Source of the DNA: Minisyncoccota bacterium | Lineage (GTDB): Bacteria > Patescibacteriota > Minisyncoccia > JAHIHE01 > JAGLIN01 | NCBI GenBank assembly: GCA_041661265.1 | Contig: JBAZUT010000009.1 | Span: 1 to 62,448 of the forward strand | Reading direction: 5' to 3' | Length of the DNA stretch: 62,448 nt | Shown here: positions 36,019-43,921 of the stretch, one piece after another | Numbering within the stretch: the stretch's first letter is position 1 | Layout: each line of letters starts with the position of its first letter | Notes under the pieces: model-generated | Told to the model about the DNA's origin: nothing | Seen by the model: the letters and a program-made list of their open reading frames with translations, nothing else | Databases searched by the model: none | Made by a program: the position numbers and the translations under genes

Positions 36019-36537
36019 TTAAACGGGTACTTGCTTAACCCGATCTCCATATCTGCAAATTACGCTCTTTTTGATATTCTCACACAATAGATATATAGAT
36101 ATCAGCAAGAATATTATTCCGGAAAGTTTGATCTCCAGACCGCGCAGGGGCAGAGTCATAAGACCGAATGGCATTCCAAGCAGAGCCAGGAGCGGCGCTC
36201 CGCATGACGGGCATCCGGAAACTATTATACCGGTTCCTATCCCCAGAATTCCCGCGGGTTTCCCATTTGAAAGCTTGATCTTATACCGGAGGTCGCTCCG
36301 CAGGATCAAAAGTGAAATGAACAATCCGGAAAGAACCGATGAAGAAAGCGCCATTATCATCGAAATTATCGTGTATGCGGTTCCGTTCATTTCCGCATAG
36401 ATATCCAGGTCTTTTCCGGACACATTGACAACCGTAAGATAATAGGAAACCGCCTCCACAAATAGCATAGCGGCAATCGCCGGCAAAAAATACCTTTTTC
36501 TTTTTATTATGATCTGTAAGAATTCAATCATTATCAT
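36019..36537 (-). CDS. polytopic membrane protein with intramembrane CPSC motif
   Basis: 172 aa with ~4 TM helices and IVSGCPSCGAPLL. Start overlaps the upstream stop by 4 nt. Confidence 0.6.
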   Translation of the reverse strand: MIMIEFLQIIIKRKRYFLPAIAAMLFVEAVSYYLTVVNVSGKDLDIYAEMNGTAYTIISMIMALSSSVLSGLFISLLILRSDLRYKIKLSNGKPAGILGIGTGIIVSGCPSCGAPLLALLGMPFGLMTLPLRGLEIKLSGIIFLLISIYLLCENIKKSVICRYGDRVKQVPV

Positions 36538-37055
36538 TTGATTACGTTCCCCGAAAATGTTATGACGCTTTTTGCATTTCCTTTTCCTCCGGTGTTGCTG
36601 ATTATATTGATCACCCTTGTTATCGGACCTACCGCATCCGGCCCGTGCGCCAGCGGATCAAAAACGGCCTCCAAAACAGCCGACTGCCCGGGAGCGATCT
36701 TTTCGGACCAGAACAGGGGCTTTACGCCATGTCCCGGCATGCTGAATTCCGGGCTTCTTCTTCCATCAACTACCAGCACGACCTTCGTGCACGCGCACGA
36801 AGTGCTGATATCGGTTATTTCCAGCGCCTGATCTCCGTCGTTCTTGATCTTAAATTCGTGGCGAGCAAGCCCGTTCTTCATGGATATATCCCCGAAATCA
36901 TAATCGGTTTCGGCTATGCTCAATTTGGCACTTCCGCCTTTTCCGCTCACTTCGCCATTTTCACCGAAAAAAATAAATGCTCCCGCGCCAAGGATCAAAA
37001 CTGCGAAAATCACTGCGAAGATCTTCGCGCGGGGATCTATCGATGCATTCTGCAT
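36534..37055 (-). CDS. DUF1573-like secreted/anchored protein
   Basis: N-terminal TM, then YDFGDISMKNG..HEFKIKNDGDQALEITDISTSCACT. Confidence 0.65.
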   Translation of the reverse strand: MQNASIDPRAKIFAVIFAVLILGAGAFIFFGENGEVSGKGGSAKLSIAETDYDFGDISMKNGLARHEFKIKNDGDQALEITDISTSCACTKVVLVVDGRRSPEFSMPGHGVKPLFWSEKIAPGQSAVLEAVFDPLAHGPDAVGPITRVINIISNTGGKGNAKSVITFSGNVIK

Positions 37056-37073
37056 ATGTTTATATTATTGATG

Positions 37074-37790
37074 TTATTCAACGATCAGCTTACCTTCCGA
37101 ATTTCCTCCGTCATAGAATCTGAACGATCCTTTTTTGTCTGCCTTGAAAACAACGCTTTGCGACTCGTCTCCCGCGTCGATCGTCTTTGCTATATTATAT
37201 TCATCCATCCTGAAATCGTATTTGGAATCCGGCTTGGCAAACTTGAGTTCCACATAAGTATTTTTCTTCGTTTTTATCTCAACCGGATCAAATTTACCGT
37301 TCTCATTTTTGATCTCATATGTTGCATTGCTCTCAGGCTTTATGACATTTGCGCTGATCTCTATTTCTTTTTCAGGAATGTTCTTGTCATTCGTTTTTAC
37401 ATATACGACCCTCTTGATCTCTCCCATGTCTGAATAGTTTCCATGGATCGCGGGATTCATGGAAACGGTCATGCCGGAGCTTTCCCCCGGAAATATTATT
37501 TTTACTCCATTGTTCATCTCGGCTTTCGTGCATCCGCATGACGTCGAGATCTTCAATATCTCCAGATTTTCATTCCCTGTATTTTTTATCGTAAATTCCT
37601 TTTTGGAAATTTCGCCATAAACCACTTTCCCGAAATCATATGAAGCAGGACTCGCTTCGATAGCGGGACCTCCCGCGACCTCCCGCGCTTTCCTGAAATT
37701 TCCGTAGTCGATCAGCGGCCTGTAGAAATACGCGACTGAACCTATCGCTATTACGATCAGGCATGAAAGAATAAATTTTGCTTTTGGCAT
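37074..37790 (-). CDS. DUF1573-like domain + C-terminal beta-sandwich (cupredoxin-like?) domain
   Basis: N-terminal TM, then YDFGKVVYGE..FTIKNTGNENLEILKISTSCGCT. The C-terminal ~100 aa is beta-rich. Confidence 0.6.
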   Translation of the reverse strand: MPKAKFILSCLIVIAIGSVAYFYRPLIDYGNFRKAREVAGGPAIEASPASYDFGKVVYGEISKKEFTIKNTGNENLEILKISTSCGCTKAEMNNGVKIIFPGESSGMTVSMNPAIHGNYSDMGEIKRVVYVKTNDKNIPEKEIEISANVIKPESNATYEIKNENGKFDPVEIKTKKNTYVELKFAKPDSKYDFRMDEYNIAKTIDAGDESQSVVFKADKKGSFRFYDGGNSEGKLIVE

Positions 37791-37834
37791 ATTGTTTTTT
37801 TTATACCGTATAAATGCAAAGATCCGCCCAACCT

Positions 37835-38992
37835 CTATTGCCCGGCAGAGCCCGGTTCAGGACTTATGATCTTTCCGCTTGCGAGGTCTTTATAGACGCC
37901 AAGCTGCTTTACTCCTTCCCTGAGAACATATGCGGACCCGTTCTCAACGGTTCCGATGCCGGGCCAGATCTTCGTCAGATTCTCGTATGCGCCGGGATCT
38001 CCCGTCATGATGATCACAGGGATCTGTCCGATCTTATATTTTTCGATCGTTTTTTTCGCTTCAACGCTTTCAATATCCAGGCTTTTTTTATCGCGGAATT
38101 TTATCCCGAAATTGCCGATCACCTGCTCGAAGCTGTTCGCGTCAAAACACTCAGTGCATGACTTATCGGAAATAATGGTCGCATCCACCATACCCCTGAC
38201 TTTGCCGCTTGATATCTCCCTATAGGGCGGGCTGACTTTGGTCAGAACGAAGATCCCGTCGTTGATATTTCCTATCTGATTCAATATCGGATAGCTTTCA
38301 AGGTCTCCCGTAATTATCACGGTAGGCACATTCTTTATTTCATTTTTATTTATAACTCTTTTCCCTTCCGGAGATGAAGCATCGACGCTGTCCTGGCTGT
38401 CGATCGCCATGCCAAGCTGCGTTTTGACCGCATTCACATATACATTCGGATCGAAACAGTTTGTACATGATGTGTCCGTAACAAGGATCAGATCAACCCT
38501 GCCCTTGGGCTCGCCTGTTTCAGCTGAAATATAGGGATTGCCTATTTTCGTCATTATAAAAGCTCCATCTTTGATCTCACCGGCTTTTGCAAAAAAATCT
38601 TTCAGCGCCTGATCCCTTTCGATCTCTCCGCTCACTATGACCGTCGGGATCTTCTTAATGGCATATTTTTTAATAAGCTCTTTTCCTTCATCACTGGAGA
38701 TCTCAAGTTCCCGCTCGGAAGTTATGCTCACCTTTTGTTTCTTAATGGCATCGATCATGGGCTTTACATCAAAACAATCGATACAGATGGAATCTTTTAT
38801 CGTGATGACATCCAATTTTGACGGGCTTTCAGCTTCTCCTGATTTGACGGAAAGCCTATCCAGATTCTTATTCGTGAGCGCAAGCGACATATATCCCGCA
38901 GATAGTGCAGTAGCGAAAATTACCGCAATAGGGATAATGATCCGGGATCTCAAGGGCACATTTGAACTCTGCAATGTTTTTTTCATATTCAT
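37835..38992 (-). CDS. membrane-anchored protein with three thioredoxin-fold-like CxxC repeats
   Basis: Start set at the ATG at 38992; the track start at 39112 overlaps the upstream gene. Three ~110-aa repeats each carry C(I/T)(D/N/E)CFD and a downstream (I/V)P(T/V)(V/I)I motif. Confidence 0.65.
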   Translation of the reverse strand: MNMKKTLQSSNVPLRSRIIIPIAVIFATALSAGYMSLALTNKNLDRLSVKSGEAESPSKLDVITIKDSICIDCFDVKPMIDAIKKQKVSITSERELEISSDEGKELIKKYAIKKIPTVIVSGEIERDQALKDFFAKAGEIKDGAFIMTKIGNPYISAETGEPKGRVDLILVTDTSCTNCFDPNVYVNAVKTQLGMAIDSQDSVDASSPEGKRVINKNEIKNVPTVIITGDLESYPILNQIGNINDGIFVLTKVSPPYREISSGKVRGMVDATIISDKSCTECFDANSFEQVIGNFGIKFRDKKSLDIESVEAKKTIEKYKIGQIPVIIMTGDPGAYENLTKIWPGIGTVENGSAYVLREGVKQLGVYKDLASGKIISPEPGSAGQ

Positions 38993-39023
38993 ATGATTTG
39001 GTCTTATAAAGACTTTATTTTTC

Positions 39024-39407
39024 TTAGCAGCCTCCGACCATGTTCGGAAGACTGTCGATGCTTGAAGGGACAGCAGCTGAGGAACTGCCTGATCCGAAAT
39101 TACCGCCTTCAATTTTCTTCATGACATTATACGACTCCAAGGCCTGCAATATCGAAACAGAGGTCAGAATGATCAGAATGAACGTCACTGTCATGCTTCC
39201 CCACTGGAGTCTGCCTTTCGTTTTGCTCTTCTCAATGCTCCTGATTATCGCTTCCTCGACCGGCCCGCTCTCTTCTTTGGTCTCAACGGCCGGCTGTTTG
39301 TGAGTCAACATATGCTTGTTCAATTCATTTATGTTTTCATGCCTCATTCCGCACAATTCGCAGTGCACTGAAGCTCCCGCTTTTTTTGAAATTTTTTTGT
39401 TTTCCAT
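39024..39407 (-). CDS. single-pass membrane protein: cytoplasmic C2H2-like zinc finger, external tail ending LPNMVGGC
   Basis: CELCGMRHENINELNKHMLTH, then the TM segment VTFILIILTSVSIL, and the C-terminus SIDSLPNMVGGC*. Confidence 0.6.
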   Translation of the reverse strand: MENKKISKKAGASVHCELCGMRHENINELNKHMLTHKQPAVETKEESGPVEEAIIRSIEKSKTKGRLQWGSMTVTFILIILTSVSILQALESYNVMKKIEGGNFGSGSSSAAVPSSIDSLPNMVGGC

Positions 39408-39456
39408 ATTTTTTTATAAATAATAATTATATATAAACATAAGCTGACGTTCTCTA

Positions 39457-40269
39457 TTATGAACACCCTCCGACCATGCCGGGAAGATTCTCTATTTCCG
39501 AGGGAAGCGGCACCTGTTTGTCTCCTTTTCCGTAATCGGGAAGCTTCGCTCCGAGAAGGATCGCTGAGACATCGGGGGTATAACTCCCGCTTTGGAGCTG
39601 GCCCGCCACTTTCTTTATCATCTGTTTCGGAAAATACATGCCTTTCCACTTGGCCAATTCCTTCAGGATCTGGTCATCGGTGTATTCTCCGCCGTGATTC
39701 TGGAGAAGATATGCCGCCAAGCCTCTCATGGCCATGGCGTGCGCGCACCCGCAAGCGGTCTTTCCGTTCGCAAAAATTATCGCCTTCGCCCCGCAGCAAT
39801 ATTCGCATGATATTTTCGTTCCGATCGCGCTATACCGTTTCAGATTCTCTCCTTCCGGAATTATCCTTTTTCCTCCCGGCTTGAGATCATAAGGATCGAA
39901 CTGGCGCATGACATTCATCGACTGCTGGACCTGATCGAAAGACACTCCGAGTTCTTTTCCATAGACCTCCGGCACTCCGCTTGAGATCACAAGGCTGATC
40001 GCGTCCTTTCCAATATCCCCGGTCAATTCTTTGCTGGCGTTCGCAGACACCGCAAATTGCTTGCCGTTTTTACCGGTAATATTTCCGAAAATGTCTCCCG
40101 CAACATCTTTTATCCCAAGCTTCGCATTTGTTGAATTCAGAAACACTTGATTCGCGCCCATTGTTATTATCAGCGCAAGGAGCAGACCAATGTTGACGAC
40201 GGACATTCCTCGCGATTCGTTCTCTTTCTCTTTGAAAGTCGGATCTGATACACCTTTATTTGTGTTCAT
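39457..40269 (-). CDS. membrane-anchored Cys-cluster protein ending LPGMVGGCS
   Basis: N-terminal TM, then SCEYCCGAKAIIFANGKTACGCAHAMAMRG, and the C-terminus SEIENLPGMVGGCS*. Confidence 0.6.
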   Translation of the reverse strand: MNTNKGVSDPTFKEKENESRGMSVVNIGLLLALIITMGANQVFLNSTNAKLGIKDVAGDIFGNITGKNGKQFAVSANASKELTGDIGKDAISLVISSGVPEVYGKELGVSFDQVQQSMNVMRQFDPYDLKPGGKRIIPEGENLKRYSAIGTKISCEYCCGAKAIIFANGKTACGCAHAMAMRGLAAYLLQNHGGEYTDDQILKELAKWKGMYFPKQMIKKVAGQLQSGSYTPDVSAILLGAKLPDYGKGDKQVPLPSEIENLPGMVGGCS

Positions 40270-40287
40270 TTTTGTTTGATATTGATT

Positions 40288-40327
40288 AACTACTATACAG
40301 TGTAGTAGGTTATTAATTGCCTGTCAA
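40288..40327 (-). promoter_or_regulatory. promoter with palindromic operator AACTACTA-N7-TAGTAGGT over the -10
   Basis: Minus strand: TTGACA (40327-22), 17 nt, TACACT (40304-299). The palindrome spans 40288-40310. Same architecture as 31695..31734. Confidence 0.65.
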
Positions 40328-40370
40328 ATTTACGCTGTTGAAAAGTTCCGTAAAATAATTTCTCCATATA

Positions 40371-40400
40371 AACAAAAAAGCGCCGTGACTCATTTCGGCG
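40371..40400 (-). terminator. intrinsic terminator after the BlaR1-like gene (hairpin flanked by T-runs on both strands)
   Basis: CGCCG-(10 nt)-CGGCG followed by CUUUUUUG on the minus strand. Confidence 0.6.
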
Positions 40401-40462
40401 ATTTTTTAAGATAAAAGATTCTAAATTTTTATTACTGAGATCACTGGCTCCATCCTAACGCT

Positions 40463-41509
40463 TCACTGAGCTTCGCAAGTCTCGTTTATTTCATGGCTGA
40501 CAGCATGCTGCATATCGCATGTTTTTTGCTCGTTCGTAAGCGCATCGAAAAAATCTATTTTCTTATTGTTTTCCAGAGTGCAAAGTCCCCCGCTATGCAT
40601 GTCATATGCCTTCGTACTGTTCGTGAGAGCGGATAGCACTGCCATTGATACGAAGACAAAAACGATCGAACAGGCGATCAGGCTTTTTCCAATATGCCTG
40701 AAATCCGGAACATACGCATTATCGGAAAGACGGTTGATCCTTTCAATAATGGCGGAACTTGATATGTCCGATGCCAGCCTGCTCTCTTCCTGTTCAGTGA
40801 TCTTGTAGATCGCGCTTGCCAGCTTCGGCTTGCCATACGGCTTGACGCAAGCCTGCTCATCGGCGGAAAGCTCGGAAAAAGTCAGATACTTCCTGACAAG
40901 TTTTCCGATCCCCGGAAGGATGAACAGTATATTCTGGAAGTATATGGCAATGAACAATTTCATAGGCTCATGGCTCTCCATATGCTGTTTTTCATGCAGA
41001 AGAACGGCTTTCAGTTCGGATCTGTCCAGCAGTTTAACAAGAGAACTCGATATGCAAATTTTCGGCTTCAGGAACCCATAGCAGAAAACGACCGCATCTT
41101 CACTACTGCACTCTATGACTCTTTCTTTTGCGATACCCAGTTCCCGGACGGCACAGCTCAGTTTCCATGAATGCTTCCTTGCGGCGCAGGAGGAAGAATA
41201 ATATTTTGAATACTTTTTGGTTGCAAAATATAATTTCAGGAACCTATGGACCGAAAATAGCATGAACGAGAATATCGCGAATGCAAAAATTCCCACTTCC
41301 GCAAATATGACCGGGTGCATATTCAAAAACTGGACGACATCCGTACACTGGCACGCAGTGCGCAAATGATGATAGAGAACTCCGAGATACAGATCCGCCT
41401 CGTTGTATATCCTGAATGATAAGAACATGATCGCGCCCACTACCAAAAATACTGCAAGCATAAGCTGTCCGAATGCGTAGTTGGTTTTTCTGGCATATAT
41501 CGGAGCCAT
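40463..41509 (-). CDS. BlaR1/MecR1-like M56 peptidase-family membrane sensor, short form
   Basis: HEKQH (HExxH) after TM helices. The ATG at 41509 lies 1 nt after the BlaI-like stop. The C-terminal tail holds 3 Cys. Confidence 0.65.
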   Translation of the reverse strand: MAPIYARKTNYAFGQLMLAVFLVVGAIMFLSFRIYNEADLYLGVLYHHLRTACQCTDVVQFLNMHPVIFAEVGIFAFAIFSFMLFSVHRFLKLYFATKKYSKYYSSSCAARKHSWKLSCAVRELGIAKERVIECSSEDAVVFCYGFLKPKICISSSLVKLLDRSELKAVLLHEKQHMESHEPMKLFIAIYFQNILFILPGIGKLVRKYLTFSELSADEQACVKPYGKPKLASAIYKITEQEESRLASDISSSAIIERINRLSDNAYVPDFRHIGKSLIACSIVFVFVSMAVLSALTNSTKAYDMHSGGLCTLENNKKIDFFDALTNEQKTCDMQHAVSHEINETCEAQ

Positions 41510-41510
41510 A

Positions 41511-41897
41511 CTATTCGATAAGTTTTTTAAGCTTGCTCTTCCACTCCTTCGACTTCCTGGAATCCGAACTCTCAATGATATCAAAAAATTGCGCGACAGC
41601 CACATCGCCATATTCCCTGAGAAAGCCCTTGATTATTTTTTGTGACTTTTCCTGGATAAAAGCTTCTTTCTCCTTCATTGATTCATAAACAAACGCTCCG
41701 CTCGCGTTGAGCTTTCTTTCTAAAACTCCTTTGTCATAGAGCCTCGACATCACGGTCATCACTGTAGTGTATGCGATCTTCCTTTTTTTTTGCATTTCCA
41801 AAAGAACATCTCTCACAGACGCGTTTCCCGCTTTCCACACGATCTCCATTATCTCCGATTCCAGATCGCTTAATATCTTTATGTTGTTCTTTGCCAT
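41511..41897 (-). CDS. BlaI/MecI/CopY-family winged-helix repressor
   Basis: LSDLESEIMEIVWKAGNASVRDV...IAYTTVMTVMSRLYDKGVLER. There is no C-terminal CxC metal motif. Confidence 0.8.
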   Translation of the reverse strand: MAKNNIKILSDLESEIMEIVWKAGNASVRDVLLEMQKKRKIAYTTVMTVMSRLYDKGVLERKLNASGAFVYESMKEKEAFIQEKSQKIIKGFLREYGDVAVAQFFDIIESSDSRKSKEWKSKLKKLIE

Positions 41898-41912
41898 ATC
41901 TGTAATTAATTC

Positions 41913-41931
41913 ATACTACACTAGATAGTAC
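41913..41931. promoter_or_regulatory. third copy of the TACTA-N7-TAGTA palindrome, upstream of the BlaI-like gene
   Basis: ATACTA-cactaga-TAGTAC, 16 nt upstream of the ATG at 41897. Confidence 0.5.
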
Positions 41932-42031
41932 CGCATCCATTAAAAAAACGCAAGTTTACATTTATACACACCAAAAAAAGTTACCCTGGCGCATATGCCC
42001 GAATCAATCCGGTTTATTCCCATCAACGTAG

Positions 42032-42166
42032 CTACTTTTTGTTTATATATTTCCAGAGAGCAGCAATGGCCAGTATCAGAAAAGCTATTACCAGCAAATA
42101 AATAGTCCAAGCAAAGAACATCATACTGCTTCCGCCATAACCCATCATATAATTATAATCCATCAT
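42032..42166 (-). CDS. small Met-rich membrane peptide (44 aa), not in the ORF track
   Basis: AAGGAGGTG RBS 7 nt before the ATG. Sequence MMDYNYMMGYGGSSMMFFAWTIYLLVIAFLILAIAALWKYINKK*. Confidence 0.55.
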   Translation of the reverse strand: MMDYNYMMGYGGSSMMFFAWTIYLLVIAFLILAIAALWKYINKK

Positions 42167-42394
42167 ACTTATTCACCTCCTTTGTTTTGAATTACTGAAT
42201 TGCATTTTGCAAAAATAATTAACAAAAATGAAACTATTTTTTCACCTCAATTCGCCATTACTCTATGATACAATCATACTAGATACGAAAAAAGGCACAA
42301 GTCCGCGCTTATGCACAATTATAAAATAAAAACGGCCTTTATCACTTCTTATTTTCCGCATTTCGTGGTCAGTTGAATGTCATACGATTAGGGT

Positions 42395-42545
42395 AACTAA
42401 GGATTTCACTGCTAGTCCTTCTATAAGCTGGAGTCTTCGCTCCTTAGAAGTTCCGCCTCTGGCGTCCTGCGCCTTGGCGCCTCGCGGTTTCAATGCCTGC
42501 CGGCAGGCCCGACCCCCTTCCCGTTCGATTCCTAATTCTTCCAAT
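42395..42545 (-). ncRNA. unclassified GC-rich structured RNA candidate downstream of tRNA-Pro
   Basis: GC island without an ORF. Hairpins: GCCUGCCGGCAGGC, GCGCCAAGGCGC, CGCCAGAGGCG and CUUCUA..GGAGcgaagaCUCC..UAGAAG. Confidence 0.4.
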
Positions 42546-42592
42546 CCATCTCCTTTGTTATCAAGTTATAAGTTATAAGTTTTGAGTTATTG

Positions 42593-42666
42593 TGGTCGGG
42601 GTACTGGGAATCGAACCCAGTCTACATCCTCCCGAAGGATGCGTACTACCGGTATACCATACCCCG
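42593..42666 (-). tRNA. tRNA-Pro (CGG), CCA encoded
   Basis: Hand fold: acceptor CGGGGTA/TACCCCG, anticodon arm CATCC-TTCGGGA-GGATG (G37), T-arm CTGGG-TTCGATT-CCCAG, A73 then CCA. Confidence 0.9.
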
Positions 42667-42821
42667 CAGATCTGCGCTTATTATCACTTTATAATGTCTT
42701 AGAAAACTATACTATGTATTTTTCAAAATGGCAATGCTTGACACCCTCCGTTAAGAGTTTATAATGACGCAGTTGAGCGTTCGCTCATTCATATATATAT
42801 ACATTAAGGAGGATTGTTAAT

Positions 42822-43646
42822 TTGACAAAAAAACACAGATCGGACTTTCACACGCATTCGAAATGCTCGGACGGTGAAAATACTTTGAAAGAACTGGCGC
42901 GCCTTTACATTGAAGCAGATCTGGCCAATGTAAGCCTTTGCGACCACAACACTATAGCTGGAGTGGGAATTATAAGAAAATCACTGTCAGGATCAGACAC
43001 TGAATTATTTTCAGGAATGGAAGCCAGTTGCAGGGATCGCATCCACGTTTTAGGACTGGGCTTGAACGAGAACAGTAATATTCTCAAAAATCATTGTCTT
43101 CATCAGGAACTGATCCATGCAGAAAGAGCTTCGGCGCAGATCGTAGTTCTTGAAGAAAATAATTTTATTGTCGACCGGTCCATTCTAAAAAAGGAAAGAG
43201 GTGTCATCACGGAATACGAGATCTTTTCCGCAACGGAAAATAATGGCGGGGTATTCAAGGACTTTGCAAAAAAATGGCTCTATAAAAATAGCCCCTACTA
43301 TGTGAAGATAGAAAGAATGTCCGTTGAAGAAGCCATAAATCTGATCCATGATGCCGGAGGGATCGCCATCTGGGCCCATCCCGGATTCACTTTCAGGAAA
43401 GATCTTGCAATGATCATTGATAAGATCTCCGAGTTTAAAGAATTTGGACTTGACGGGATCGAAGTCTTCTCGTCAAAACATGACAATGAACAGACTCGGC
43501 TTCTTTTTAAGCTCGCGCAAAAAAACAAATTGGCCATGAGTGCGGGCTCCGACTATCACGGATCGAATGAAAGAAAACTGGGAGGTTATAATACTTTCGG
43601 TCTCAAGTTCGATGAACAAAAATTAATTGATCTTATAAGAAGGTAA
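42822..43646 (+). CDS. PHP-domain metal-dependent phosphoesterase
   Basis: AAGGAGG RBS with a TTG start. DFHTHSKCSDG, WAHPG and GSDYHG motifs. Confidence 0.8.
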   Translation: MTKKHRSDFHTHSKCSDGENTLKELARLYIEADLANVSLCDHNTIAGVGIIRKSLSGSDTELFSGMEASCRDRIHVLGLGLNENSNILKNHCLHQELIHAERASAQIVVLEENNFIVDRSILKKERGVITEYEIFSATENNGGVFKDFAKKWLYKNSPYYVKIERMSVEEAINLIHDAGGIAIWAHPGFTFRKDLAMIIDKISEFKEFGLDGIEVFSSKHDNEQTRLLFKLAQKNKLAMSAGSDYHGSNERKLGGYNTFGLKFDEQKLIDLIRR

Positions 43647-43921
43647 GCGGCGATATACTCTATCGGCCGATATCCTTCTTTTTTTGCGATCATAAAAAAA
43701 TCTCCTGCATTGTTTTGCAAGAGATCATATGTGCTGTTTATTTATCCAAATATTTGTTTTCGATCCTGTTCTTCCAGGTTTGCGTTCTCATTTTGCAAAT
43801 TCGATCAGCATGCTGAAAAATCCGGTTGCGATCTCTTTGAAAAGTTCCGCCTTTTATACATGTCAGACTTATTTCCATCCAAATTGCGATCAAATAAAAA
43901 AAGACCGCTTGTTCGCTGTCT

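Noticed and set aside
42195-42592. tmRNA (ssrA) hypothesis for the GC-rich RNA next to tRNA-Pro. It rested on the GGAAUCGAACGGGAAGG similarity and a possible GCA-started frame.
   Set aside because: No 5' GGGG acceptor strand with G3:U70 is present. No T-arm or CCA-proximal 3' tRNA-like domain occurs anywhere in the 350 nt downstream, which is AT-rich. The putative tag AVKSLVTLIV does not end like known tags.
25200-42666. The copper block as a tRNA-Pro-integrated genomic island.
   Set aside because: It abuts the 3' side of tRNA-Pro, but I found no integrase. I also found no direct repeat of the tRNA 3' end at the far border (~25.2 kb) and no obvious compositional break.
42582-42764. Track ORF 42582..42764(+).
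   Set aside because: It is antisense to a clean tRNA-Pro gene and has no RBS.
43726-43921. A 46-codon minus-strand ORF (MEISLTCIKGGTFQRDRNRIF...) between two terminator-like hairpins.
   Set aside because: It has no recognisable RBS and no motif, so I could not support it as a gene from the sequence alone.
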